DNA of 64,000 bases from a plasmid: sequence record NZ_CP084508.1. The stretch is one strand, 5' to 3'. The translations under genes were made by a program, and so were the position numbers. Under the pieces are notes generated by a model that saw nothing but the letters and a program-made list of their open reading frames with translations, had not been told where the DNA came from and ran no database searches. Within the stretch, counting starts at the first letter, position 1; every line of letters starts with the position of its first letter. Below are positions 52,161-62,568 of this stretch, one piece after another.

Positions 52161-52620
52161 GGCACACTGTAAGTTATGTCCGTTATCCAACGTTCATCCG
52201 GTACTTCCAGATTGAACTGCCGCTGGCCGCTGGAGTCTGTTGGGTGTCACGATACTGGCCTCACATTTACGCGTTCGTGGGCTTCGATAGCCGGCCTAAG
52301 CTTTTCTCCCGGCACGCATCATGAGCCGCCAGAAACGGTTAATCCCGCATTGTTGCCCGCTATCTCTCAGGTCGTGATGGATCTTGCGATAGCCATAAAC
52401 GCAACCGTGCTCGGGCTCCAACCAGAACTGCTTGATTTGTCCAGCCAGCCTGAGATCCGCCTGATACCGTGGTGAAGGAGGCTGCTGAAGCCAGGTGTAA
52501 AACCCACTCGGATGAACATTCAGCCCCCGCCAGAGTAGACGAACAGGTCAACAACAGGAGTTGTCACGGATAAAGGCGTATCTCAATCGGACAGTTTTGC
52601 AAAGTACGCTGCAGCTTTTT

Positions 52621-52827
52621 TTATATGTCCCGTTCGTCAATAACCCGCTTCAGCTCATTCTGGAGTCGACGGATCTCGGCCTGAGCATCTGACTGCTCTT
52701 TGTTGGTGGAGGAGTCCAGCACGTACTTCTTTATCCAGGTATAAAGGTTGCAGGTAGTGATACCGAAACATGTTGCAACACTGGAAACAGAATGGACACG
52801 ATCAACAACCAGTTTGACAGCTTTCAA
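52621..52827 (-). CDS. IS3-family transposase OrfA (HTH)
   Basis: 68 aa. …TCFGITTCNLYTWIKKY…AEIRRLQNELKR… is the typical IS3/IS911 OrfA. Confidence 0.6.
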   Translation of the reverse strand: MKAVKLVVDRVHSVSSVATCFGITTCNLYTWIKKYVLDSSTNKEQSDAQAEIRRLQNELKRVIDERDI

Positions 52828-53559
52828 TTTTAAACTCTTCAGGATAACGCTTACTGCTCATGTGCACCTCTCTTTAAGCCATTCTAAATGACTCTGAGGT
52901 GTCTGTTAAAACCATGGCGATTCAGCCATGCTGTGGTGGCTGGTGCTGATCTCCAGCTTTGTCATTACTAAAGTGCTAACTCTTTAACGACTGGCGTTTA
53001 TTGAGGTGTTCATATCCTGCTAGCATAACCACTCTATCAGCCTAGAGACTCACCACATTCGGCTGAGCCATCACATGGTAGTAAACTGCTGAGATACACA
53101 TCCATGTAAACCCACCAAGCAATGGCTCAGCCGAGCGTAGTGTAAGTGTAATACTTATATAAAATCCAGCAATATCAAACTGTTAGATAAATTACCCAAA
53201 CAACACATAACAAAATGTACGCACCGCACAATACTCCAACCCAAAAACCCAACTTCCCCATACTACAATCATGTTGCGATGTATCAATTATACTAATTTA
53301 AAAACAGTTATTGAAGAATGTCTATATCAATTTCGTTTTTGATTTACTCTTTTTTCATAAAAATAGTCATCGATAAAAAATGCTCAAATAAGAAAATCAG
53401 TTGTGATTCAGACGTGAGATGAACCAGCAAGCTGAGTCAGTTCCTCTCTTCTCCTCCCCACTCGGGATGAAACCACTCATCTAGTGATGAGATTTCACAG
53501 GCCTTAGTATAAGTACTCTAGCTTTAGCTCCACGTATTGTACTTTTTGAGAGCTCCGAT

Positions 53560-53990
53560 TTTTCAGCTATCAGCCAACGCTGCGTTTCCCGACTTTTATG
53601 TATGGATAATGTAGTTATCCACACTGACACATCGCTTTAAGATGCTTTAACAGGCTGATAAATAAGGCTGAGCCTTTGCTGTTGCCGCCCACGTAGCTAA
53701 CTTTGCTCGTACCACAGAGCAGCACTCTGGCCAGATAGTATTTCTCATTCTGCCCAGGTATTACCACGCGTTTTTGTTGTCTTCGTACCTGCCAGTCTGT
53801 GCTGATTTTGGGATTAAGATGGATATCCACTTCATCTTCATAAAAGACGAGATTCTCTGCGCGACATTCGCCCAATATTTTATGGGTTACCGCACCTTTC
53901 TTATGAGGGTCGTAGATACACAGGGTTGTGTGCTGCCCTGTGCTACGCCAGACCCGCAGAGGGCAGCCAGCAGTGGAAGATAGATATTTT
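53560..53990 (-). mobile_element. IS630-family fragment (third, partial copy)
   Basis: ORF 53615..53875 (ENLVFYEDEVDIHLNPKISTDWQVRRQQKRVVIPGQNEKYYL…VSYVGGNSKGSALFISLLKHLK) matches the central part of the IS630 transposase at 56.9-58.0 kb. Confidence 0.6.
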
Positions 53991-54089
53991 TAATGTAAAT
54001 GTTTGTAACTTACTGAAGTTGCATCACAGTTGTATTATACAGAATTTTATACTTTTCCCTCACTGAGGATAAAATAAAAGAGGGGAAGA

Positions 54090-55511
54090 ATGAAATTATC
54101 ATTTAAATGGAAAAAGTTATTAGGGATAAGTGCTATTACGACAATCTTTTATGTATTACCACCACCAGGCGGGTTGTCTATTAACGGCTATCATTTATCT
54201 TTGTTATTCGTAGCAACTATTGCTGCCATAGTGCTAAATGTTATGCCTACAGGAGCCATAGCAATACTATCTATTGCAGTTTATTGTGTCACTTTACCTG
54301 TGGAGAAAATAGGCTCAGCAGCAATAAAAACAGAACTACATAATTTTAGTAATTCTTTAATTTGGCTGATTGTAATTGCTTTCATGATAGCGAAAGCATT
54401 TACTAAAACCGGTTTGGGTGAGCGAGTATCACTTATTCTGCTTAAGAAATTTGGCACATCATCATTAAAAATAGCCTACTGCATAGGTTTGGCTGACTAT
54501 ATACTGGCCCCAGCCACACCTAGTAATACAGCAAGATTTGCAATAACGTCACCAATAGCGAATGGTTTAGCTAAAACCATAGCTCCAGAGGATAAAAAAC
54601 TTGGCGAGTTTTTAATAAGTAATGCATCAGCAATGAACGATGCATCAGCAGTTGGTTTTAGTACCGGCTTTGCTGGCAACCTAGCACTCGTTGGAATAGC
54701 TTCAACTTTACTAGGAATTCATTTGACTTTTTTAGAGTGGACGTACTATCTATTACCGCCATCAATAGCTTTGTTTATAATTATACCATTTATATTATAT
54801 TACTTTATCTCTCCAAATACAAAAAAAACCCCTGACGCACCAAAATTTGCTAAAGCAAGGCTTTGTGAACTAGGAAAAATCACACTACCAGAAATATTAC
54901 TGTCTATAGTTTTCTTATTACTAGTGGTTATGTGGATCGTAGGTCCATTACTAAACTTAGATGCTACAAGCGCTGCATTTATAGGCTTGTCAGTAATGCT
55001 TATGCTTGGGGTTCTAAGTTGGAATGATGTGAAATCTGAATCAAGTGCTTGGGATACACTTATTTGGTTTTCTGTTTTAATGGGAATGGCTGATAACTTG
55101 AGAAAACTTGGTGTTGTAAAATGGCTTGGTGATGGAATTTCGTCACTCTTAGCTAATGTCATGAGTGGAGCATCACCAGTTTTATTTTTACTTGTTTTGA
55201 TGTTGTTTTTCCTAATAACATCTTATTTGTTCGCATCAGGAACAGCAAAGATAGTAGCGCTTGGTGGAGTGATGATTGGATCATTATTATCACTCCATGT
55301 GCATCCAATTATAGCCGTTCTTTCTATTGCAGGAATAATGAACATTGGTTGTAACCTAACAACTTACTCTCATGCTAGAAATCCTATTGCACTAGGATAT
55401 GGATACCATTCCCCTAGTCGCTGGATGGTTAATGGATTGATTATAGGATTGTCTGGATTTATTATTTTTATGACATCTGGTTTAATATGGTGGTCAATAT
55501 TAGGACTTTAG
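54090..55511 (+). CDS. polytopic membrane transporter, ion-transporter superfamily (DASS/ArsB/NhaD-like anion permease candidate)
   Basis: 473 aa with about 12 or more hydrophobic helices. Two-repeat architecture with small-residue-rich re-entrant-like segments (…PSNTARFAITSPIANG… / …GCNLTTYSHARNPIALG…). Very AT-rich. Confidence 0.5.
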   Translation: MKLSFKWKKLLGISAITTIFYVLPPPGGLSINGYHLSLLFVATIAAIVLNVMPTGAIAILSIAVYCVTLPVEKIGSAAIKTELHNFSNSLIWLIVIAFMIAKAFTKTGLGERVSLILLKKFGTSSLKIAYCIGLADYILAPATPSNTARFAITSPIANGLAKTIAPEDKKLGEFLISNASAMNDASAVGFSTGFAGNLALVGIASTLLGIHLTFLEWTYYLLPPSIALFIIIPFILYYFISPNTKKTPDAPKFAKARLCELGKITLPEILLSIVFLLLVVMWIVGPLLNLDATSAAFIGLSVMLMLGVLSWNDVKSESSAWDTLIWFSVLMGMADNLRKLGVVKWLGDGISSLLANVMSGASPVLFLLVLMLFFLITSYLFASGTAKIVALGGVMIGSLLSLHVHPIIAVLSIAGIMNIGCNLTTYSHARNPIALGYGYHSPSRWMVNGLIIGLSGFIIFMTSGLIWWSILGL

Positions 55512-55549
55512 CTACAAACATTATTAACAACCCAGTACCGTCGGTGAAT

Positions 55550-56500
55550 CGTGAACAAGAAGGTTTAGGGCGAGAGTACGGTTGAAGCGTGGAAATTTCG
55601 AAGCCAGCGGACGGCATGCTTGAGGATACCAACTGTTACATCGATAGACTCATCTAGTAAATGCAGCTACAAGTGCTGCAACCGTTGATTGATCCGATAT
55701 TATCTGATTTCAGTTATGGTCTCCGACCGGACTGCAGCTCGCACAACGCGGTGCTACAAGCACAGGAAAGTTTTCGGGGAGATCTTGAAAAGTTTTTTGA
55801 TCGAGTTTATCACGACATCCTGATGGGGCGATTGGTGAAACAAATCTCCGATGAGGCCATGCTACAGCAGATTCGCCGTTATTTGTAGACTAAGCTCATA
55901 GCGAATAGCGTGGTTGGTTCGTGATCAGGGGATCACCGTAAGGTGGCCGCTGCTGTTGGTCAATGTGCTGCTAAAACTGCAATAGCGCGGACATCGTTTC
56001 ACTCGCCATTTCGCAGCTAGAAAGCAGAAGAACTGCCTAGGCTGGATGCGCAAGATGTATGAAAGTTGCATCTGCGCGTGAACGAGAAGAAAAACAAAGA
56101 GTGCCCAGCTTCGGATGGGCGTTCCTTATCTACAAACCTACGGCGGTGGATGGGAAGCTCTGTCAAGATTACAGTAACTCCCAAGGCTCCCGGCTCGTTC
56201 AAGCAGCATGTCCGCGACATCACCAGACGTATCGACAGCTAAGACCTGCCTCAGATTACCGAAAAAATACGGGAATACATCTCGGGTAGGAGATCCTACT
56301 TCCGTTTGGCACAAACACAGCAGATCTTTAAAAATCTGGATTCAGAGATACGCTACCGGCTCCAAGCTATTCAACTCAAGTAATGGAGCACAGGAAGACG
56401 GTGTACATCACAACATTGATGTCTCACGAGGGCCGCACATATTGCGGGAGGCACAGGGTACTAGTGGCGACACCAGCGAGGCTGGGGTGAACTGACGCTC
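55550..56500 (+). pseudogene. group II intron reverse-transcriptase/maturase remnant
   Basis: 55661..55888, LQVLQPLIDPILSDFSYGLRPDCSSHNAVLQAQESF…LEKFFDRVYHDILMGRLVKQISDEAMLQQIRRYL, covers RT motifs 1-3. Downstream frames carry …VNEKKTK…-like motif 6/7 remnants with stops. Confidence 0.55.
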
Positions 56501-56906
56501 TCGGCTTCCCCCTACTTGCATGACCTCAACTTCTCGACCCGCTCGGTACGGCTACTACTTACTGTGTGGTGTAGTAGGGATATAACCTTGTGCTACCCTC
56601 CTCCTATGCCGATCAACACCGAACCGTCCTAAAGGACTGTCCTCAAATAATAGTGCCCTCGCAAGGTGAGGGTAGAATTTCTGCTCTGCCCCCCTAATGC
56701 TAACTGAAGATAACCCAGGCAGGCGCTAGACAAAAAAAACGCCGCATAAGCAGCGAGCTAAAACATCAAGGAGTCAATATTGACGCAAAATCGAACTCAT
56801 TCAAAAATGAGCCAGTCAGCTATGATTCTAGTCAGTCTACCACAAAATAAAAAACAGCCAATCCTAGTGGATAATATTTTTTACTCGGGAATTTCATTCT
56901 ATAACT

Positions 56907-58078
56907 AACTAATCCTAATACCGCTACACTTTAGCCAGCCCATGTTTCCCTCCGGGGAATGGGCTAACGGTATCCATAAAGTGACGAACCTTCTTCAACA
57001 GTTGCCACATTGAACGGCACTGGTGATTTCGGGTTATTGTTTCATGAAGCGCCTGCCACAACCGTTCGACATGGTTGACCCACGGCGAGTACACCGGCTG
57101 ATAAATCACCCTGAACTTCGGGTTTGCTTTCAGCCAGCGCAACGTTTCACGGCTTTTGTGGGTGATGTAGTTATCGACAATGAGCGTAATCGTTTTTGCC
57201 CGCCGGTATGTCACCTTAAGATGTTTTAACAGTATGATAAATAAGGATGAACCTTTACTGTTTCCACCCACGTAGCTGACTTTTCCCGTACCACTGTGCA
57301 GCGCACCGGCAAGATAGTACTTTTCATTCTGGCCCGGTGTGACAACGCGCTTTTGCTGCCCGCGTGACTGCCAGTCAGCCCCGATTTTCGGGTTGAGATG
57401 AATATCCACTTCATCTTCGTAAAATACGGGGTTTTCCGCACTGCATTTCGTCAGCGCTATCATGGATAGCGGCCATTTTTTCTTCTTTGTGTGGGTCACG
57501 GATACGCAGTGTCGGCGCGGCTCTGCGCCATACCAGTCCGGCAACAGGTAACCATCGCCGGATGGTTGAAGCATGTAGCGGGCAACCGGTGACATCACGG
57601 ATTTTTATCGCCAGCAGTTCGGTACTCCAGCGGGAACGCTGATAACCGAAATCGCCAGGAGAATGCTTAACAAGCTCACGCAGCAATGCGCAAATATGTT
57701 CGAACGGCCAGCGCCTCCCACGTCTTGATGGTAATGACTTCAGGCCTTCAGCACCAGACAGTGTGAGCCAGTTAATCCAACGACAAATCGATGAACGGGC
57801 ACAGCAGAGCGTTCTGGCTACATGACTGACGGTATCACCACGATGCAGCATCAGCATGGCGGTGAGCCGCCGGGCGTGGTGTTTGTCCTTTGTTTTATGG
57901 ATCGTTTTCTGCATCAGGCGTCGTTCGGTTCTGGGGATTGGTGCTATGATCGGCATGGCTCAGTCCGGCTGGTGATTTGGGATATTCCGCGATTGATCAG
58001 ATCGCATAAACCGGACTGAGTTCCCCCTGAGTGATCTACTATTTCGAGCAGTTATTTAGATAGGGATCTCTCGAACAG
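56907..58078 (-). mobile_element. IS630-family element, copy 2, transposase in two overlapping frames
   Basis: 57411..57956 (HTH N-domain: …RRLTAMLMLHRGDTVSHVARTLCCARSSICRWINW…) and 56924..57598 (DDE domain: …YEDEVDIHLNPKIGADWQ…TLIVDNYITHKSRE…VYSPWVNHVERLWQ). Terminal motifs TAAATAACTG…AATAGTAGATCAC. Confidence 0.75.
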
Positions 58079-58269
58079 CGGATTTTCCATGCAATAAAAA
58101 TATAAGCATTGCAGTCACAAAAAACGAAAAATAAAACACAAAAAAAGAAACACCACAAGATGTTATCACAATATTACATATAAATTATCAAGAAGTTTCT
58201 TAAGCGTTCGACATTGTTTCACAACTACTCCACTAAAATTTATAAAGTTAAACTCAGATATCAAGATAA

Positions 58270-58365
58270 CATCATGGAGATTTCACTCTGAAATTTTAAT
58301 AAAAAACCATTTAAATTCATTTTGTTAAAACAAAAATCACGTGGAGAAACATTACAAAGTTTCAT
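58270..58365. repeat. parS-like centromere repeat, copy 3 (distant from parAB)
   Basis: GGAGATTTCACTCTGAAAT, then AAACCATTTAAATTCATTTTGTTAA, then AAATCACGTGGAGAAACATTAC. Near-identical module to 19256-19350. Confidence 0.45.
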
Positions 58366-58805
58366 AAGTTAAATTACTATACTACCAATATCTGCGGCCC
58401 CTCTCACAAGAGTAATCAGCAAAACCACACAATGATAGTTATTGAATATTTGAAGGCGAAAGGCATATCAAAGTTCGCAGTGAATATAGTCTACCTGTCG
58501 AGATACAATGTCCGGGAAAAATAAGGCTTAAACAGCTCAACAGTGGATCAGGATGATAAAAAATGCGTTATTAGTTTGAATATAAGCAACACTGACATGG
58601 ATGTGAGTTGCTGGTAGCCCCACCACTAGGATATACCAATCAATTTTGCTCATACTTTATGTCGCATAGTAAAAAACTCTCATAGAGTAAATTATGTGTA
58701 CAACTAGGGGGGCAGTTGAAGAAAAGACACATCATTTAGAACATGGAGGGCATAAAAATATTCATTGTAAATGACCAGTGGTTGGCCTTTTAGGGAGGGA
58801 GAATA

Positions 58806-59078
58806 TCACAATTTACCTACTTCATAATTAAGAGTCGGTACATTCACATCGCGAATACTGGTAATTACTGGTATCTTTTTTGTGATAAAGTTGGCTTTTT
58901 TATTAGCTCTTTTTTGTTGTAATAATAAAGTACTTGCAGTATTGGATGCTTTAGCAACTTTTTGATGATTTGTATGTGATACAGCGACTATTTTTGCCGG
59001 GCGGAGTCTCGGCACTTTTTTTTTGTTGTTTCGTTTTTCGCTTTTTGTATATAAGGATGTTATATGTGATAATGTCAT
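58806..59078 (-). CDS. small highly basic hypothetical protein (90 aa)
   Basis: Lys/Arg-rich ORF in an AT-rich segment. Could be spurious. Confidence 0.2.
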   Translation of the reverse strand: MTLSHITSLYTKSEKRNNKKKVPRLRPAKIVAVSHTNHQKVAKASNTASTLLLQQKRANKKANFITKKIPVITSIRDVNVPTLNYEVGKL

Positions 59079-59210
59079 ACATTTAGAATACCATGCATGA
59101 CGACCAATGGTGATATTTTTCTTGTAAATGATGTTTGCAACTATTGTTTAATACATTTTTTCTATTATAATAGTACGGCCTGTCTAGATGTAGCAACATG
59201 TTAGAGTTAA

Positions 59211-59244
59211 TGATGATTTAGATTAGCCGCTAAAATTAGCGGCT
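59211..59244 (+). terminator. rho-independent terminator
   Basis: AGCCGCTAAAATTAGCGGC hairpin followed by T9. Confidence 0.5.
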
Positions 59245-59527
59245 TTTTTTTCATTTCACCATAAATATGGCTGTTTGACTTATTCTTAGATGTATCGTGT
59301 ATCGGCTTTGTTGAGTTAATCTAGTTTAGATAAAACTATCCCATCCCATATCAATCATTACCCAAAGTAATTCACATATTTTTGTACATTCCCGCGCGTG
59401 TCATTTTGTAAATAGGCCCATTTTAGTTCCAGGCATTTTTTAAGATCCTGGTCAAATAATGGTGCTGTCGATATTCCTCCGGTGTCATATTGTTCAGTGA
59501 TTCATGCGGACGTTCACAGTTATATTC

Positions 59528-60112
59528 TTATAACCATTTCTCCGTGATTTCCCGCACTTCATTCAGCGTTCTGAACAGATAAAAACCGAGTATTTCTGTA
59601 CGGTATGTCCTGTTAAAACGCTTGATGAAAGCATTCTGCGTCGGCTTACCCGGTTGGATAAACTCCAATTTTACTGCGTGCCTCTCTGCCCATTTAGCCA
59701 GCGCCAGAGAGATAAATTCCGGACCATTATCCATGCGCAGCATGGACGGATAGCCACGGTTTGCCGCGATCCTGTCGAGAACACGAACGACTCGCTGAGC
59801 TGGCAGGTTCAGATTGATTTCAATCGACAACGCCTCACGGTTAAAGTCATCAACGACATTGAACGTGCGAAAACGACGGCCACAGGCCAGTGCATCATGC
59901 ATAAAATCGACAGACCAGCTCTGGTTTAGCGCCTCCGGTGTAGCCAGTGGCGAGGGATTACGCACCGGCAACCGCTGTTTGCCCTTACGGCGAAAATTCA
60001 GCTTCAGCAGACAATAAATACGGTGGAGCTTTTTGTGATTCCACGAATATCCCTGCCGCCGCAGGACCTGGAAAAGCTTCGGAAAACCATATCGTGGGTA
60101 TCGCTCAGCCAC
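59528..60112 (-). CDS. IS3-family transposase OrfB (DDE integrase core), C-terminally truncated
   Basis: …WSVDFMHDAL…FNVVDDFNREALSIEIN…RMDNGPEFIS…KPTQNAFIKRFNRTYRTEIL… is the IS3/IS407-group catalytic core. Confidence 0.75.
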   Translation of the reverse strand: MAERYPRYGFPKLFQVLRRQGYSWNHKKLHRIYCLLKLNFRRKGKQRLPVRNPSPLATPEALNQSWSVDFMHDALACGRRFRTFNVVDDFNREALSIEINLNLPAQRVVRVLDRIAANRGYPSMLRMDNGPEFISLALAKWAERHAVKLEFIQPGKPTQNAFIKRFNRTYRTEILGFYLFRTLNEVREITEKWL

Positions 60113-60249
60113 AGCCTGCAGGGCGGCAATAACGGGTTCATCACGTGTGGTATCCGGGCGGTAATGGTAAACCGTTCTGCTCAGGTTCAGACTCCAGCAA
60201 GCCTAACGGATACTGAGTCCAAATGTCGTTATCAGATAAGTGACCAGAT

Positions 60250-61171
60250 CACTCTTACGTGCTGATTTTAAAGTTTTTTGATAACGTCTTTCCGTGCCCG
60301 GTTCTCAAGGCTCAGGCTGGCAAACATCTGTTTGAGACGTCGGTTCTCGTCCTCAAGATCCTTGACCTTTTTAATATCAGAAGCCTCCATGCCGCCGTAT
60401 CTGGACTTCCTGTTAATGGGATGGACTACCTCCTCCCGCTGCGGTTAACTGTACGAAATGCGCTCACCAGGAGAATCACCATGAATATCGTATTTCTGGG
60501 TATTGATCTGGCTAAAAATGTTTTTTAGCTCTGCGGGTTAAACCAGGCCAGCAAACCAGTTTATACGAAACGAACTGGCCGAAAATAATTGCTCCAGACG
60601 CTGGCAAATATTCCTGCATGTCTGATTGGGATCGAAGCATCCAACGGGGCATTTTACTGGTAGCGTGAGTTTGAGAAGCTGGGGCACAAAGTAAAGGTCA
60701 TCAGTCCTCAGTATGTAAAACCCTTTGTCCGCGGGCAAAAAAATGATGGTAATGATGCACAGGCCATCGCAGTGGCTCTGATGCAACCGACAATGCAGTT
60801 CGGGCCACCAAAAAGCCCCGAACAGCAGGATATCCAAGCTTTACATCGGGCAAGGCAGCGTATTGTCAATCGCTACACAGGTTGCACCTGCACAATCGGA
60901 ACCTGATTTTTATACTGGCCTCAGAGGCCGTCCAGTTGTTGAGACGACTGTGCGCAAATTACCCATTTGGGCACAGATTTTCCTGATGCCGGATAGATGT
61001 AAGCAACAACCCGAAACCAAATTCAGTACTTGCAAAACGGAGGTAGTCCATAGATGTAGTTGGTGGCTTCAGAGATGCCGACCTCCCGGCAGACATCTTT
61101 AACGTTCGTCCGGCTTCAACCGACTTAATCACAGCGATGATCTGATGCGCAGTAAAACGGGCTTTACGCAT
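60250..61171 (-). mobile_element. IS3-family orfA split by an IS110-family fragment (nested insertion)
   Basis: OrfA N-terminus MRKARFTAHQIIAVIKSVEAGRTLK… lies at 60959..61171. OrfA leucine-zipper C-terminus (…DLEDENRRLKQMFASLSLENRARKDVIKKL) lies at about 60250-60440. Between them, 60480-60900 on the + strand encodes an IS110 N-domain (MNIVFLGIDLAKNVF…IPACLIGIEASNGAFYW…NDGNDAQAIAVALMQPTMQFGPPKSPEQQDIQALHRARQR) with stops. Confidence 0.55.
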
Positions 61172-61472
61172 AGCGATCTCCTTCGTTGGTAGATTGATTA
61201 TGCCGGATTTTCTCTAAATGTGAATGGCACGATTATGCGGGGCACTTATAACTCCACTATATTACTATAAACGTAATCATACAATGTCGGAGCAGTGCCT
61301 ACACGATGATAATGGCGACTAAAAAAAGAAAATTTGACTTTATTTGACCATTTTATCAATGGTTATTCAACATAAATATGTATGCTAAAAGATAACAAAA
61401 GCAAAGGAAAACATCCTTTGTCCTAAGCGTAAAATAATCCATGTACCTTGTTACACAATAGCTAATACTATA

Positions 61473-62456
61473 TTATACGGAAAAGTGTATTTTTTTTCTA
61501 TATTGTGTTGGGGTCATATTATAGTTAATCTTAAAATACCTAACCGCTATACTTAACGACTTAAAACCACTTTCCAGAGAGAGTAGTTCGATGCTAGATG
61601 TCGGGTTTCTAATTATCTTGTTTAATAAAAGCTCACTTCTTTGTTTATTTAGATACTCATAAAACTTAATATTATACTTTTTTAGTTTGTATTGAATTGC
61701 CCTAGGGGTTAAATTGTAATAATTAGACATTTCACACAAGGAAAAATTGACTTTTTTCATATTACTGCGAATGTAATCTTGCATTGATAATATATCAACA
61801 TCATAATTCCTATGTTTTTTTGGAGGGGGGGAGTTATCTAACTGTAGACTCAAAATACTAATTATGGCGTTTACTATTTTTGTAGAATAGCGCTCACTTG
61901 TTGTTTTATAAAGTTGCAAAGCTAAAGAGTTTAGCATGTCGCCATATCCATGTAATGACAACCCACTCCAACACCATGAATTTATATCGCTTTTATCGTC
62001 ACAAACACTACTAAGCTTAATGATAAACGATAAGCTATTTCTATGCGTCAAACAAGTCTCAACATAAGGCTCCCACGCTGGGATAAGTATACTCTCTCCC
62101 CTGGGTACATGAATACGTCGTTGGGGTGAAGTAACAATTAATCCCGAACAAGCATGGAGTAAAATAATATGCTTTTCTTGTGCATGAATAACATCATGAT
62201 GAATAAGTGATATCTGTTGAGGTGATGAGTTAACCTTAACCATTATTACTTTATTACTAAACTCATTTAATTGAATATCTCCATTAAATGCATCCATATC
62301 TCCATTCTTGGGGATTTTCATATCGGCTTTAAAAAAGCCAAGCTTTTGTTTGGCCACATTAGACCACTCTTCAATACCACTCTCTCCACAAGCATTTAAT
62401 GTATAATTATTCACCATAAATAAAAAGTAACAAATTATTATGAAGGGGTATTTCAC
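61473..62456 (-). CDS. AraC/XylS-family transcriptional regulator, paralogue of 26791..27885
   Basis: 327 aa. C-terminal AraC HTH (…TPRAIQYKLKKYNIKF…LESGFKSLSIAVRYFKINYNMTPTQYRK). N-terminal half shares …VNSSPQQISLIHHD…HIILLHACSGL…PRGESILIPAWEPYVETCLTHRNS… with the other regulator. Confidence 0.7.
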   Translation of the reverse strand: MKYPFIIICYFLFMVNNYTLNACGESGIEEWSNVAKQKLGFFKADMKIPKNGDMDAFNGDIQLNEFSNKVIMVKVNSSPQQISLIHHDVIHAQEKHIILLHACSGLIVTSPQRRIHVPRGESILIPAWEPYVETCLTHRNSLSFIIKLSSVCDDKSDINSWCWSGLSLHGYGDMLNSLALQLYKTTSERYSTKIVNAIISILSLQLDNSPPPKKHRNYDVDILSMQDYIRSNMKKVNFSLCEMSNYYNLTPRAIQYKLKKYNIKFYEYLNKQRSELLLNKIIRNPTSSIELLSLESGFKSLSIAVRYFKINYNMTPTQYRKKIHFSV

Positions 62457-62568
62457 TATACTGTATTACTAACACACATAAAATAGAAACATCTGCTTTT
62501 TTAAAAAATAAAACTCTTTTTTACAAATTGAAAACGATATCACTTTCTGAGTAGCATCCCTTAATCAC

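Larger units (their letters stand above)
50008..52830 (-). mobile_element. IS3-family element disrupted by a group II intron remnant
   Basis: OrfA (52621..52827, …CFGITTCNLYTWIKKY…leucine-zipper tail). Degraded OrfB N-terminus (…WITDITY) at about 52560-52160. OrfB C-terminus (50008..50256, [42 protein letters not shown]). The two OrfB parts are separated by about 1.7 kb that begins GTGTGCC… and encodes decayed reverse-transcriptase motifs. Confidence 0.55.

Noticed and set aside
51144-55888. Possibility that the RT fragment at 51144..51362 (-) and the one at 55661..55888 (+) are two halves of one intron ORF separated by an inversion
   Set aside because: Both regions independently contain an SYGFRP-type motif region, so they overlap in RT coordinates. 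They are better explained as two separate decayed introns.
58806-59078. Small basic ORF as an H-NS/Hha-like nucleoid protein
   Set aside because: No recognisable H-NS or Hha motifs. Composition alone is insufficient. Retained only as a low-confidence ORF.
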